Shown: positions 12,101 through 24,536, counted from the stretch's first letter. The stretch is DNA of 64,000 nt from Mytilus californianus (GCF_021869535.1 NW_026262690.1:80972001-81036000), one strand, 5' to 3'. A program made the numbers and translations. The notes: generated from the letters alone by a model not told the origin.

Positions 12101-15100
12101 TTAAGAGCCTGTGTCGATCACCTGTATCTACTGTGGTTTTGGAAATCATGTAAAATAAGGTTAAAATCATATAGATTCCCTAATAATGATTGAGGCCAAG
12201 TTTGGTTTAATTTGGCCCAGTAGTTAAATTAAAAGCAGAAGATTTTTGAAAAGATTTACAAAAATTACCAATAAATTGCAGAAAATAACTTTAAGGGGCA
12301 ATAACTCCAATAAGATGTCAATTGCCAATTGGCCATGTTAACTTATTTGTAGATCTTTCTTTGCTTGATATTTTTGCTGTTTACAGTATATCTCAATCTA
12401 TAATGATATTCAAGATAATTAACAAAAAATAAAAAAATTCCTTTCCTTCGCTTCAAAATTTATTTCAACCAGGGCCTGTATAATGCTGAAAATGCCTTTA
12501 AATGTTTTTATGGAACACCCTTCAAAAAAAATATGGGCAAGGGTTCCCCTGACTAACCCGCCGGGTCTGGGGGAGCATTCACCCAATATAAGTATGCTGA
12601 AAGAAAAGATATAATAATGGTTTATAGAAAAAGTAACACTGAATAATTCTGAAAATGGAACATATCAAGGAGAAATTATTAGCAACACCCCCCCTCCCCC
12701 CTGAAAAAATTGCACCCCCCTGGAAAAAAAATCAAGTCATCCCATTGTAGTCTTACAATAGTTACTGAAGACCCCTTATCATTATTTAAATTAGTTTTTA
12801 AGTTGTGACCATTTGAAATTGTTTTTTTACATTTTTCCCATAGACTTCTATAGTAAACCCCTATGTTCTATTTTTACCAATGGGGTCCATCTTGGTTGTA
12901 GGGCATGGTCATCGGACACATTTTTCAATCAAAATACTCTAATAATAATTGTGGCTAAATTTAATTCCATTTTGCCAAGTAGATTAAGAGAAGATTTTTG
13001 TAAAAGATTAAAAAAATTTACGAAAAATTGTGAAAATTGACTTTAAAGGGCAATAACCCCTTAAGGGGACAATTGATAATTTTGGTCATGTTGACCTGAT
13101 GAACATTTCATCTCTGTTAGATTTGCTCTAAATGCTTTAGTTTCAGAGATATAAGCCAAAAACTGCATTTTACCTCTATGTTCAATTTTTAGCCATGGCG
13201 GCCATCTTGGTAGGTTGGCGAGGTCATCGGATACATTTTCAAAACTAGATACCTTAAGGATGACTTAGGCCAGGTATGGTTCAACTTGGCTCAGTCATTT
13301 CAGGAGAAAATGTTTGTAAAAGATTACAAAAATTTACAAAAAATTGTGAAAAATTGACTTTAAAGGGCATTACTCCTTTAGGGGTCAATTGACAATTTTG
13401 GTCATGGTGACTTATTTGTAGATCTTACTTTACTGAACATTTTTGCTGTTTACAGTTTATCTCTATCTATTATAAATGAAATTCACGATAATAACCAAAA
13501 ACTGCAAAATTTCCTTAAAATTACTAATTCAGGGGCAGCAACCCAACAACAGGTTCTCTGAATTGTCTGAAAATTTCAGGGCAGATAGATTTTGACCTGA
13601 TGAACATTTTTATCCCATTGTCGGATTTGCTCTAAATGCTTTAGTTTCAGAGATATAAGCCAAAAACTGCTATTTACCCCTATGTTCAATTTTTAGCCAT
13701 AGCGGCCATCTTGGTCATCGGATACATTGTAAACTAGATACCCTAAGGATGATTTAGGCCAAGTTTGGTTTAATTTGGCCCAGTGGTTTCAGAGGAGAAG
13801 ATTTTTGTAAAAGTTAGCGACGACGGACGCCAAGTGATGAGAAAAGCTCACTTGACCCTTTGGGTCAGGTGAGCTAAAAAGGTGTGAAACAAAACAGCAA
13901 TTCTGCAGAAATCCGATTCAATTCCTAGCTGATAGCTAGTTTTTATCATGACCAAAGCTATCAATTATTAATTATTGTTCAATATTTAAATTTACAATTT
14001 TTAAATTGACTTAATCATCAGAAAATCTTGAGAATTAAAGATTTATCTTTCATACAGTTGTACATGTATTAGAATTTATCTTGTAACAGCTGTACATGCA
14101 TTGAAGTTATTTTATGAGAATAGTACATTACCATAAAGATGTTCCAAATATAAATTGCAACATAAAGTTTGTTTTATTAATATAAGCATTATAAATTGAT
14201 ATTACATTTGATTAGAATGTAACTTACTACCATTTTTGGGAATTCACATGTAAATAAATACAGTAATTCACATGTAAATTATTTCATTTTGAATATATTA
14301 TATCGTAAACAAAATATCATTACAGATGTAACAAAAGCTTATTCATTCAAATATTGATTTTTTAAAACATCCCAACAAAAAAATCCTGTAAAAAAACAAA
14401 TTTGATAAGATTATATTGAACCATACTCTGGAAAAATAAGGATATTGTGTATCAATTCATGACACAAAATCACTATAAGCACACAAAAAACAAAAGCAAA
14501 GGAACAGTGCTTTTATTGCTGGTCTTCATTTTAAAGTCACATTGAGGCCTAAAAGTATCCTAAAGTTGGGATGTTTCCTCCCAATCAAGAGCATAACTTA
14601 CGGACTATACAATTAAGGTTAAGTTGAAATTAACCTTTTACTAATGGTCCCTAAAAATTACCTAATTTCAAATGATTTTACTATAAGAATAACAAATAGA
14701 ACTGTACAGTTGTAAATATCTTATAATATTTCAGTTGATGAATGGTGCAAAGCTAAAAAGATGAAATACTTAGGAGTACCAAAGTATATCAGCAGTGGAA
14801 CACATACACGGGGGAAAGAGACATTTAGGTTTATGGTTATGGAAAGATTTGGTTCAGACATACAAAAAATATTTGAAAAGGCTGGGAAATCATTTTCCAG
14901 GCATACTGTGTGTGCATTGGCTCTTAGATTGGTAAATGAATTTATTTATTTTGTTCTTTAAAGAATTTAATCACAACTAGCTTTTACTTTAAGAAATTTA
15001 ATTCTCGACACATGGTGTAGATATTTGTCTATCAAAGACTATGTTGATTTCTAGAATTCTTGTGTATGTTGGTTTAGTATATTTGTTTGATTTAAAATGT

Positions 15101-18100
15101 AAACCCCCTTTTCTCTTTTCATTTATATTAAGCCGCAAATACATGTATTATAACAAAATTCAGGAAAAGAAGTGAAAGGATGGAAATACCTGGCCAAGGA
15201 AAATAGTAGAATTATGGGGAAATATGCTGTCCTGCTAAAACTAATTATATATAAAGTAATGAGTATCTTTTATTGGCTATTTAATTGCATTAAGAATTAT
15301 ATTTCTATTGTGTCTTGTTTGATTTCAGTTAGACACACTAGAATATTTACATCATAAAGGTTATGCTCATGCTGATATCAAAGCTTCTAATTTACTGACT
15401 GGCTTTAGTCATGGAAAAGAACAACCAAACCAGGTAAATATAGTGTAAGCTAAAATTCTGTCATAAAACAGTTATAGAATTGAATTGAAGGTTTGAACTT
15501 GGTGCATACACTAATTTAAAAACGTAAGAAAAAATAAAATAAAAACCAAAACTTGCTGATGATAAGATTTAAATGTATTGTGTTTTGAATGTTTGCTGAC
15601 AGCAAATACATATTTATTTTACCTTAGAACTTTTCCATCAAAATGAATGGGTAAGATAGGAAGAAAAGTTTTATCATAAAACATTGGTCATGGGTTATTT
15701 ATGGTTCTATGTCCATTTGATGTATGCAAAATGACATAACTTGCTAAACGAATATAAGTAGTGGGGAGATTTTAGAAGTCCCTCACATCTCATTTAATAG
15801 AATTAAAATTATCAAATAGCTGACAAACAAGTGGGTAAATTTGAAATATTTTGCTTGTTAAATCTCAATTACACGAATTCAGGTAAAAATTTAACATTTA
15901 TTATTTAATAAAGCTTTTAGAAATTTTTATTCATAAATTTTTCAACATGTTTATAGAATGAACATAAAGATTTATTCATTTTTAACTTATTTTGACCAGG
16001 TATATCTAGTAGATTTTGGATTAGCATATAAGTTTTACTGTGACGGTGCTCACAAAGAATATAAAGAGGATCCTAAACGATGCCATGATGGCACTGTAGA
16101 ATTTACAAGTACAGATGCTCATAAAGGAGTAGGTCAGTATCATTTATTAGGGTAGCTATAACTACTTTATTATAACGGTAGTTCAGGCAATTGTTCTGCA
16201 ATGGAATATAAGTCTTCACATGTACAGTTACTAAATATTATCTGTCAGCTTAAAAATAAACTGATGAGACAGCAACCCATCTACACAAAAACATTATACA
16301 TTGCTGGGTCAACATATGGTCTTAAAAAAAAACAGGTGTCCATACAAATGTCAAGCTTAAAATTGTCTAAAATATTTTTATTTTTGATAAATAATATGAG
16401 TATGGAATTTTTCGTCAATGTCACATGCAACTTTGATAAATTGTTTGATATTTTTGATACATTTGATATTAATAATTCAATATAGCATCTCCTTTCAAGT
16501 AGACTATTGTTATGACATTTAGCTTGATATTTTATACAATGTTTTCCCAGCATAGCTGATACAACACATATTTATATTAGCTTAGTAGTTTTAGATAAGA
16601 TTTAATGATGAAGGAATGATTTAATGCCAACACTTTATTGTTTATTTCTGTTAGCTGCATCCAGAAGAGGTGATATGGAGATCTTAGGATTCTGTTTGTT
16701 ACAATGGCTGTGTTCACGGCTTCCGTGGGAAAATAATTTAGAAAATAAAGATTATGTAAGAGATTCCAAAATAAGGTATACTTTATTATATTGAGAAGAT
16801 ATAGATTAATGTTTGGATACAGGGGTGATGATTACTTTACAATAATCACTGTTTGTCAGGATATAAGAGTTAAGAATAGAAAGGTTTTAAATTTACACAG
16901 GGTTTCATTTCCATGTTTCACTTTAAATACTGTTGATTATAACATTCAAGCAACAATCTAACTTACTTTTTAAGTCATACAAAATTTGTCCCTTATATGG
17001 CTTGTTTTAAAAATTAAGGTTTATTCATGGTACAAAACATCATAATTGATCTTTTCGTGTCTCAGCAAATTTTACTGTCATGCTATTATGTTTGCATTTA
17101 TATATTTTATACAATCTTTTGACATCGTAATTTAAAATCGTGGAATGATTATCAAGTGCAAATGGTATACTTTGATTCTCAGATCTTTAATCTTAAACTT
17201 CTGTATGACGATGTTTCATACTGATATGGTGTGAATTTATGTATGGTTATATTTATTTTTATTAATGCTATCAGAAGTAATGAAAAATATCTTAAGATGC
17301 TAGCTACTACAGTACATTCCGGTTATTTGCATAGCCTATTTGTCAGACAAAATTATGCAATAAAGCGGAGTATGCTTATATCCGAAATGCCAACTTACGG
17401 AGTCAAATAACATCGATATAACAGATCAGTAAAGGAAATCCCTGAAGAAAGATGAACGTCTATAATCCAATTGCAACATATTGAATGTTGATTTATTCTA
17501 ATAAAAGTTATATGTCTAGTGTCATACATGTTATTTTATTTTGTATTATTTCAATAAAGATTATAAACACATTTTGTTTTAGTTTATTTGCGTACCGACG
17601 TTTCCTTTACAGTTTACCTGGGATACGAAAATAAATTCGTTCTAAAAATAGATTTGTTTCTATGACCCGTATGTACAATGTACATTGTTACGCTTTGATT
17701 AAAATAAACTGTTTAACAAAATTACACAGTTTATAATCATTTTAACAATAGATGTGTACTAAACTGCCTTTGATATACAATATTTACAGCTTGCAGAATG
17801 AAGTAACAATGTTTATTTAACTTCGTTAGTTTCGTATATGCAAAGCAGTAATGGGGCCCTGTACGGGTTATTTGCTGGACACGAGTATTGAAAGTGAGAA
17901 AATATAATAATTAGAAGTAAATACTCTTTTCAAAATAAATCAAAATTAAATGATTCATGTAGAAAATTCTTTAACCATATATAAATGCCCTGTAATATTT
18001 AACATAAATGCAGATCACCCCAAGCCCAATTACGAGAGTTCACATTGGATAATGATCGATAATTAGCAGGAGTTATTGTTTTTGAATTTCACCCCAAATG

Positions 18101-21100
18101 TAATCTATGGACAATGTTTGAAATCCAATCAATTATTTACACCTTTTAAGATAGAATGGTCAGTGTTTTTACAACAATTACCTGTTTGACATTTTTATGA
18201 CCTTGAGGCTTAAAATAGAACATGGGAAACTTTACCTGTGTAGATATCGAGGTTTATTTTTAAATCAAATTCAATCATATAAACACGAAAGAAACTGTTT
18301 TAAAACTTTATTTTAATAACACAAAAGTAAATATGAAATAATAATGAAAATAATGATGCATTCAAGAAAAATATACTCACCAACTTGCCGTTTCCGGTCA
18401 AAAATTTCGACAGATTTAACCAAGCATATCTAGATGGCGATAATTTTCTATGCAATAAACCGAAAGGCCACTTGTAGAGCTATGCATATAACCGGACAAT
18501 TTAACATTAGTTGAATGGGAAATGGTTTTGTGCAGGAGAAAACTATGCAATTAACCGAATTATGCTATTAAGCGGTATGCAATTAAGTGGAGTCGACTGT
18601 ATACTATACAGAAAAAAACTGACTGTACAGATTTACATTATTTTAATTTTTTGTTAGTAACATAAGGTAGGCTTTATTTTGTTACGATTATTTCTAGTTA
18701 ATCCCTAACGTTTTTTTTTTTTCAAATTCCAACAGTATATTGAAGTTGTTCTTATTATATAGATGGGACAGTTGCAATAAAAGTTGCAGAGAAAAATTAA
18801 TTTTCCATTAAAAAAATTATATTATGTTTGAGCTGATATCATTATAGCATACACATTGTTTGTATTTTTGCATCATTTTTTTCAGATATATGAAAGATAT
18901 ACCAGGTTTATTAAAGGCATGTTTTCCTTCTGGTTCCTATCCAGGTAATATAGTAATAATAAAGGCTATTTAAATTAAATTCCTGTCAGAAAGAGGAAAT
19001 TAAATCTGATGTCTTGTGAAGATTGGGTGTCCATGCTCTTTGCACCTTAAAGAATAATTGCAACAACTGACTCAGAGTTCTTTATGTGGCCTATGGCAAT
19101 GCTAAATTTCTGGCCCTATCCAAAATACCCTTATTTTCTAGTGGCAGCCTAAGTTTTTTCCTTTCTTCTCAGTCCACTTACCCTTTAGAACTTACCTATT
19201 GTATTGCTAACATGTTCTATTCCTGAATGTTAAAGAAATATTTGCCACTGGATTTAAGCAACAATCAATCAATTAGAATTTAACAGATTTCAAACAACTT
19301 TGGTAGGCTCCACCAAAAGTTAAGAAAGCCCAAAGTATAAAATGTTTTAGAAATATAAACCAGAAAGGCCTTGACAGAACAGCCAATAAGGTTAACATTG
19401 CCTGAGAGAGTAACACAGTCAATAATTTCATGAACTGGAAATTTACAGACAGATGTTAATATACATCAAGAAATGTCCATATTTCATGAAGAGGATTGAC
19501 CATTCTTTACTTGTTTACTTAACATACACAAAGTTGAAGTTAAATCTAAAAAAATAAATATGTGTATGAAATTAAATATAATAATTTTTTTTTACAGATG
19601 AAATATCTAAATACTTAACATATGTATCAAAACTGAAATATGATGATGTTCCAGACTACAATAAACTCAGAAGTATATTTCGTGGAGGACTTTCTGGGAA
19701 AGATGAATGGAAAATAGATTTACCACTCAGTGTAGCAAGCTCATCAAAGAAGGTTTGTTAATTAACCATTAAGTTTCTAAGCTGGTTCAAGCAAATTTGA
19801 ATTTACATTATCTATTTTTGTCATGACTTTTCATACCCCTGCTCGGAAATAGTTGGTATACTGGTTTCCCTCCTCCTGTTTTTTTGTTTATAACATATTA
19901 TTGTTGCATTTTCTTAGAAGCTTAAAAAGTCATAGCTTCTTCATATATAGTACATTTGTACAAAGCCTTTTCTGGTTTTGCCCATTTCTGATACATTTTC
20001 AGTTTCTTCATCATTCTACTTCCAGTTTGCCATAAACTTAAATCTTTTAAATATCATGCACATTTCCTTGGGGAGGAATGTATTTTTACCATCCCAACAA
20101 GGAGTTAATGCAAGATATTAAAAAGAATATAAACACCAATAAGTATAACAACTTATATACATGTACTTGGAATAAGGTTTAAATAAGAACATTTCTGCTC
20201 AGGGACACTTTGGGCATGAACAATCCACTTTAATGATTTTTTTTCAATAAATTTCTTTTTTATTTCAGCTTATTACCCCACATTTAATATATGGTTTTCA
20301 AATATGAATGCAATATTCAGGTGTTGGCAGTCTAACTTGATTTTGCACCAAAGAATCAAGTGATTTTTTTGTAGTATACCGGTAGATGTTTATATCACAT
20401 TCTATATTTAAACTTATCAACTTTTTGTAATGTTCTTGTGTTGTGTCCCAGAATTTAGAATTTCCTGACATATAAAATTCAAATATTTATCCAGCAATCG
20501 ACCATTTAACACTTAACAGATCTGTGTATAGTTTATGTATATAGGCTCATAGTATCCTGCTTCTATTGTCGAGGAACTGTCACATTCACTTTACAGTTCA
20601 TTTTGGTGTCCTCTTCGTAGTCTGTGGTTAATTAGTAAACAACTCGATTTCTTCACTGATGTCTGGGAATTTTAACAACTTCAATGTTAAATTGCAATAC
20701 TGTAAATTCAGAAATTATTGTGATTTTTGAAAAATAGACATAAATGCGAGATTAATTATTGCGAAATTCAGGAAACGCTGCATACAGATATATGCATCAG
20801 ATATCAGAATGCGAGTTCTTATTAATGGGATACCCTCCCAGTCGCATTATTTGCAATAATAAAAACCTCGCAATAATTTCTGAATTTTCAGTATATAACC
20901 ATTTTTATACAGTGTCAGAAAATATCAAATTTATTTGTAGTGGCTACAAAAAAGTAGTCCTTTTAGTATACTGTTTATCTACAAAGTTCAGTTTGAATTA
21001 GTTATTGTGTGGACATCCATTGCTTGTTTACAATATGTGATAACCTGATTTTTTTAATGAATTATTTGAAGTCACATAAACATTTGCTAAAATGACTAAG

Positions 21101-23210
21101 TTGGTTAAACTTTAGTGGTATGAAAAACTGATGATCAGTCCATATAACATTACTATTTTAACATCAAGCACTATAACATAGGAACATAAAGTCAAGAAAG
21201 TAACAATGGTTTTTTACAAAAAAATCAAGAAGCTAAAATTTATTTGTTTTTCTTATTGAAATGATCTTTTATTGGGTCAACATGATCAAATATAGGATAA
21301 ACGTTGTATAAAAAGGGATTTGTTAATTGCCTTTATCAGTATTTAAAATAATTGTATAGAAATGATAGCAGTGTTAACACAATTTCACTCTACTTTATTT
21401 GAGAACACAAGATGAGATGCAGAGACTCTGTACATATTTGATTTGAAAAGGACTTCATTCAGAAATGAATAATTTTACCGTAAAAAATGAAAATAACGCT
21501 TTATGAATTTTGTTTAAAGGTTGAATGATCCTTTATATCCTTTAATCTATTTCATTTCCAGACAGCACAGAAAAGAAAGAGTGCAGGAGAACCCTGTTCT
21601 CCAGTAGAGAAAAAAGTAAAATCTGCAGCAAGAGTTTCCAAAAAAGAAAAGGAATCTACTCCAAAGCCTAAAGCTGTGAAAAATACTGTGAAAAATATAA
21701 AATCGCCTTCTGCTAGCACACCAAGGCAAATAAAATCACCTGTCAATACTCCCAAACAAATAACATCTCCGAAAGTACCTGGAAAACCTGCTTCTAGACA
21801 TGGAACGCCAAAATTATCACTTGCAGCAAGAAAAAGGTCGAGATCTAGGTCACCAGCAGCAGCTGCAGCATCAAAAGTAAAGAAAGGTGAAAACATTGTC
21901 TACAGTTCAAAACATTCAGAAAGTGATGATAAATCATCTTCAAAAAGTAGTTGTATTATTTCATGATTTAGAAATGTTGTTTTGGCTCTGAAGTAAAAAT
22001 GGTTTCACAGGAAATCTATTACACTCTCATTTGGAAGTACAATATTTCTGGACATCATGAGAAGAATTTAATCATTGTTAGAGAATTACAAACTCATTTA
22101 AATACAATTCATACTCTGCATTCAGTGCTGGAGATAATTAGAGAAATCAATTTAAATCTATAAATCTATTGATATAAAAGAATAAAAGAATCAGGAAATT
22201 TTAATACAGTTTAACTTATTTGTTTCATTCTGCACAAAATTCTTTGATCTATTTATTGTAGCTACAAAAGTTTTATTTTTACTGAGAGGTGCTCAATTAA
22301 GAAAGTACGTGGTAAATTTTTGCAATTTTATTCAAAATGTGAGAACTTATATATACCAAGCAAAAATGTGTTCTGTGTTAATTATTACTGTGAATTTTTC
22401 ATATGGCGTCATGTTGTTTCTATGATGTTAATGTGCAAGACAACGTTTTGGTGAATTTATATGATATTTGAATTCAACTAAAGCCATTAGAATTGTCTTG
22501 TTCATATTGCATTTGCATGCATATATTGTTTTGTATTGTAAGCCAATAGAGAGTAATACTTGATATAACTGTTGCTGGTATCAGTTTGTCTAGTTTCGTT
22601 ACCGATTGCTTTGTAAAGTTAAATTGTGTAAGTCAAATTAATGATATATGAGTATAACCCAAAGCTGAAAATGCAACACCATTCTGTCATTTCCTGTCTT
22701 TTTTTATTTTATTTTTTTTTAAGCTTTTGGTGTTTTTACCTTTAAAATTTGGTCAGGGTTGTTCCATTAAATGTATATGGTACCCAGGGAAAGCACTATA
22801 TGTTAAATTCTGGCTTTGAGTGTAAATGATATATCCCTTGATTTTCAGACTAAAAGAGGCATACAACCTATAAACAATTCAATACACTCAAGTATATTAG
22901 GCAGTTTGATTCTCCTTTTCACTTCACTTTTGTTGTTTTGGATATGATAAAGTTAGGATAGTTGATTTTAGTTTAAATAAAATGATGATGATCCCTTAAC
23001 ACAGATAACACAGATCGTATCTGTGTTTTACTTAGAAAATGAAGTGCTTCAGAAAAAAAAACCTGATATTTGGATGTAATTGACATGCCAATTTTAATTG
23101 TAGGTAGTCCCAAAAAGAGTACTAAAAGACGGGTAAAGAGACGAAAAGCTGTTCCTACATCAGATGCTTCTATTCAGACTTCACCAGGATTCTCCTCAGG
23201 GTCTGGTTGA
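5671..23210 (+). CDS. VRK1: Vaccinia-related kinase 1 (VRK family Ser/Thr kinase); 11 or 12 coding exons, 486-aa or 495-aa isoforms
   Basis: Phase-consistent exons 5671-5698, 7145-7285, 8250-8296, 11755-11824, 14735-14931, 15329-15433, 16000-16132, 16655-16775, 18886-18944, 19598-19752, 21562-21886 (or -21966), 23104-23210; motifs [37 protein letters not shown]. Confidence 0.95.
6055..6103. repeat. (AT)n microsatellite
   Basis: About 24 perfect AT units. Confidence 0.95.
7145..7285 (+). CDS. VRK1: VRK1 exon (Gly-rich loop)
   Basis: [46 protein letters not shown]; AG/GT bounded. Confidence 0.95.
7581..8062 (+). mobile_element. HINE/pearl-like non-autonomous element with two ~168-bp core repeats
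   Basis: Sub-terminal IR ATACCCCGC / GCGGGGGTAT, CTGT/CCGT microsatellite, tandem core, 3' hairpin. Confidence 0.8.
8250..8296 (+). CDS. VRK1: VRK1 exon (catalytic Lys, VVK)
   Basis: [16 protein letters not shown]; ttcag acceptor, GTAAG donor. Confidence 0.9.
8549..8789. mobile_element. Long-TIR MITE, TTAA-flanked on the left (Kolobok-like)
   Basis: ~75-bp inverted repeat AGTTATTTGAATCTGGAATAATTTTGAATTCTGGAAAATTGATA... / ...TATCAATTTTCCAGAATTCAAAATTATTCTAGATTCAAATAA. Confidence 0.65.
9380..9600 (+). mobile_element. Highly degenerate tRNA-derived SINE remnant
   Basis: B-box-like GAGTTCAAATC followed by a decayed version of a common mollusc SINE body (recalled). Confidence 0.35.
10209..11212 (+). 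mobile_element. HINE-like element with ~4.5 copies of a 192-bp core repeat
   Basis: TTCACTCTGTGGTTAAAG recurs at 10291, 10483, 10675, 10867 (variant at 11009); (GTC)n head; 3' hairpin GGGTTCCGCGGAACCC. Confidence 0.8.
11755..11824 (+). CDS. VRK1: VRK1 exon
   Basis: [23 protein letters not shown]; GTGAGT donor. Confidence 0.95.
12088..13880 (-). mobile_element. Large HINE-like element (same family as 26722-27853), antisense in VRK1 intron
   Basis: Head reads AGCTCACCTGACCCAAAGGGTCAAGTGAGCT with (GTC)n on the - strand; ~490-bp internal repeats; tail GAGCCTCTAGTT. Confidence 0.8.
14735..14931 (+). CDS. VRK1: VRK1 exon
   Basis: [17 protein letters not shown]...[16 protein letters not shown]...LALRL. 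Confidence 0.95.
15329..15433 (+). CDS. VRK1: VRK1 exon (catalytic loop)
   Basis: [35 protein letters not shown]. Confidence 0.95.
16000..16132 (+). CDS. VRK1: VRK1 exon (DFG/activation segment)
   Basis: [44 protein letters not shown]. Confidence 0.97.
16655..16775 (+). CDS. VRK1: VRK1 exon
   Basis: [39 protein letters not shown]. Confidence 0.95.
17310..18599. mobile_element. Non-autonomous Tc1/mariner-pogo-type element, TA-flanked
   Basis: TA|CAGT...ACTG|TA termini, degenerate ~27-bp TIR, sub-terminal motif TATGCAAT(A/T)AA(C/G) repeated about 5 times; no transposase ORF. Confidence 0.65.
18886..18944 (+). CDS. VRK1: VRK1 exon
   Basis: [19 protein letters not shown]; phases 2 and 1 consistent with neighbours. 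Confidence 0.9.
18985..19272 (+). mobile_element. Degenerate SINE 3' portion
   Basis: Ends GCCACTGGATTTAAGCAACAATCAATCAAT; a similar tail lies at ~63257-63290. Confidence 0.4.
19598..19752 (+). CDS. VRK1: VRK1 exon (end of kinase domain)
   Basis: [41 protein letters not shown]. Confidence 0.93.
20700..20891. mobile_element. TA-flanked MITE (192 bp)
   Basis: TA|CTGTAAATTCAGAAATTATTG ... CAATAATTTCTGAATTTTCAG|TA; 21-bp TIR with 1 mismatch. Confidence 0.85.
21562..21966 (+). CDS. VRK1: VRK1 basic S/T-P-rich tail exon; internal donor at 21886, or read-through to a CaaX end (CIIS*)
   Basis: Acceptor ttccag at 21561; open to TGA at 21966; G|GTGAAA donor at 21886/21887; AATAAA at 22181. Confidence 0.88.
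   Translation, partial: TAQKRKSAGEPCSPVEKKVKSAARVSKKEKESTPKPKAVKNTVKNIKSPSASTPRQIKSPVNTPKQITSPKVPGKPASRHGTPKLSLAARKRSRSRSPAAAAASKVKKGENIVYSSKHSESDDKSSSKSSCIIS
23104..23210 (+). CDS. VRK1: VRK1 alternative terminal exon ([35 protein letters not shown])
   Basis: Acceptor ttgtag at 23103, phase 1 matches donor 21886; NLS-like basic cluster; SIQT resembles the recalled human VRK1 tail EEAIQT. Confidence 0.75.
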
Positions 23211-23391
23211 CTACACAAGGGACCAATTTTAACAGCTTACCACTAATACATGTATATATGTACTCTATATGTGAATTAAAGAAACCTGACATGTCAGTGT
23301 ATCATTATCTTAATGCTTCTTTGCATTTAAGTCACTCAGTTGGGACCAGTTTTTCAGTGATCAAGCTAGACTTTTGGAGCTTTTCAATTTC

Positions 23392-23795
23392 AATTTATGT
23401 CTCGCCTTTGACGAAAGTCGCGGAAAGCGAGACATAGGGATTGATTTTCCGGCGACGATGCTGGCTTCAACAATTGTTAAGTTTTCGGCTTAAGTTAGTT
23501 TGATAGGAACTACTTGTGATAGATCATTGATATTTGATATAAAGTTGCATTACTATCAGTACATATCAGTTTGACTATTTTGAGGCCCTGCCCCCTAGGT
23601 CATGGTCCAGTGACTGAATTAATTATCAATGTTAAGTTTTCTGCTTAAGTTAGATTGATAGAAACTACTAACAATAGACAAGGATATTTCTATTAAGTTA
23701 CAATACTGTCTACATCTCAGTTTGTCGACCATTTTCAGGCCCTGCCCACTAGATCATGGTCCAGCGACTGAATTGATAAGCAATGTTGCTGCTCA
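23392..23795 (+). mobile_element. HINE-like remnant with two ~155-bp repeats
   Basis: Head GTCTCGCC...GCGAGAC inverted repeat; GGCCCTGCCC...CATGGTCCAG recurs at ~23584 and ~23739. Confidence 0.5.
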
Positions 23796-24536
23796 TTAGA
23801 TTGTCTTTTTGTGAATTTTGTGCTGACAGGTGAGACATAACTCTGTGTAACGGTTTATTATAAAAAAAATTAGAACATTCCTGTAAAGAAGTTGACTAAA
23901 ATTTTCAAATTTCTTCAGGTCCTTTAGAGAGAAAGGTGGTCTTATGTTCTGTGACCATTGTTTAGTTGAATCACTGCTAATGTTATATACCGGTAATGTA
24001 TCTTGTCTTAAGTGAAAACTGGCTATACCAGTAAATATTTCAAATACAATCATAAATGAAAAACATGAAAGTTGGTTTGTATTCTTTCACCTTTGTATTT
24101 GTATTTAAGCATGAAGTTAAAAAGGCAATTTTAAAAAAAGATATTTTAGCTCAAATTATCCAATTCTTTGCCTCAATTTAACAATTTTTCCATTTTTCAT
24201 TATTGAAATCATAACCGAGTACATTGTATAAGAATTGGTCATCTGTCAAAGATAGTTAATTGATCATCTGAGATACTTGTGAGAACATTAAATTAAAGGT
24301 ATGATTTATATGTGTTGATTCAATTTTCCAGGTTCGTGGAAAACATCAATTGTTCTTGAGTTTTTGAAATTGTGGTTACTGTCTATGTAAGAAATGATGG
24401 AAAATATCCCTTTCCTCAGAAATTAATATTTCTTTTTTTTTTATAAAACCATGAAATCAGAAGAAATGAACACTCTATGAGTAAAACTAGTTTTACATTT
24501 GGTCACTTACAGTTTTTTACACTATATCCCCATTAG

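Noticed and set aside
21547-21896. Antisense ORFs of 60 and 114 aa
   Set aside because: Shadow frames of the VRK1 tail exon
24320-24365. Good-looking acceptor (ttttccag|GTTCGTGG) as a further VRK1 exon
   Set aside because: Needs a weak donor inside 23104-23210 and adds only a short unremarkable peptide; no independent support
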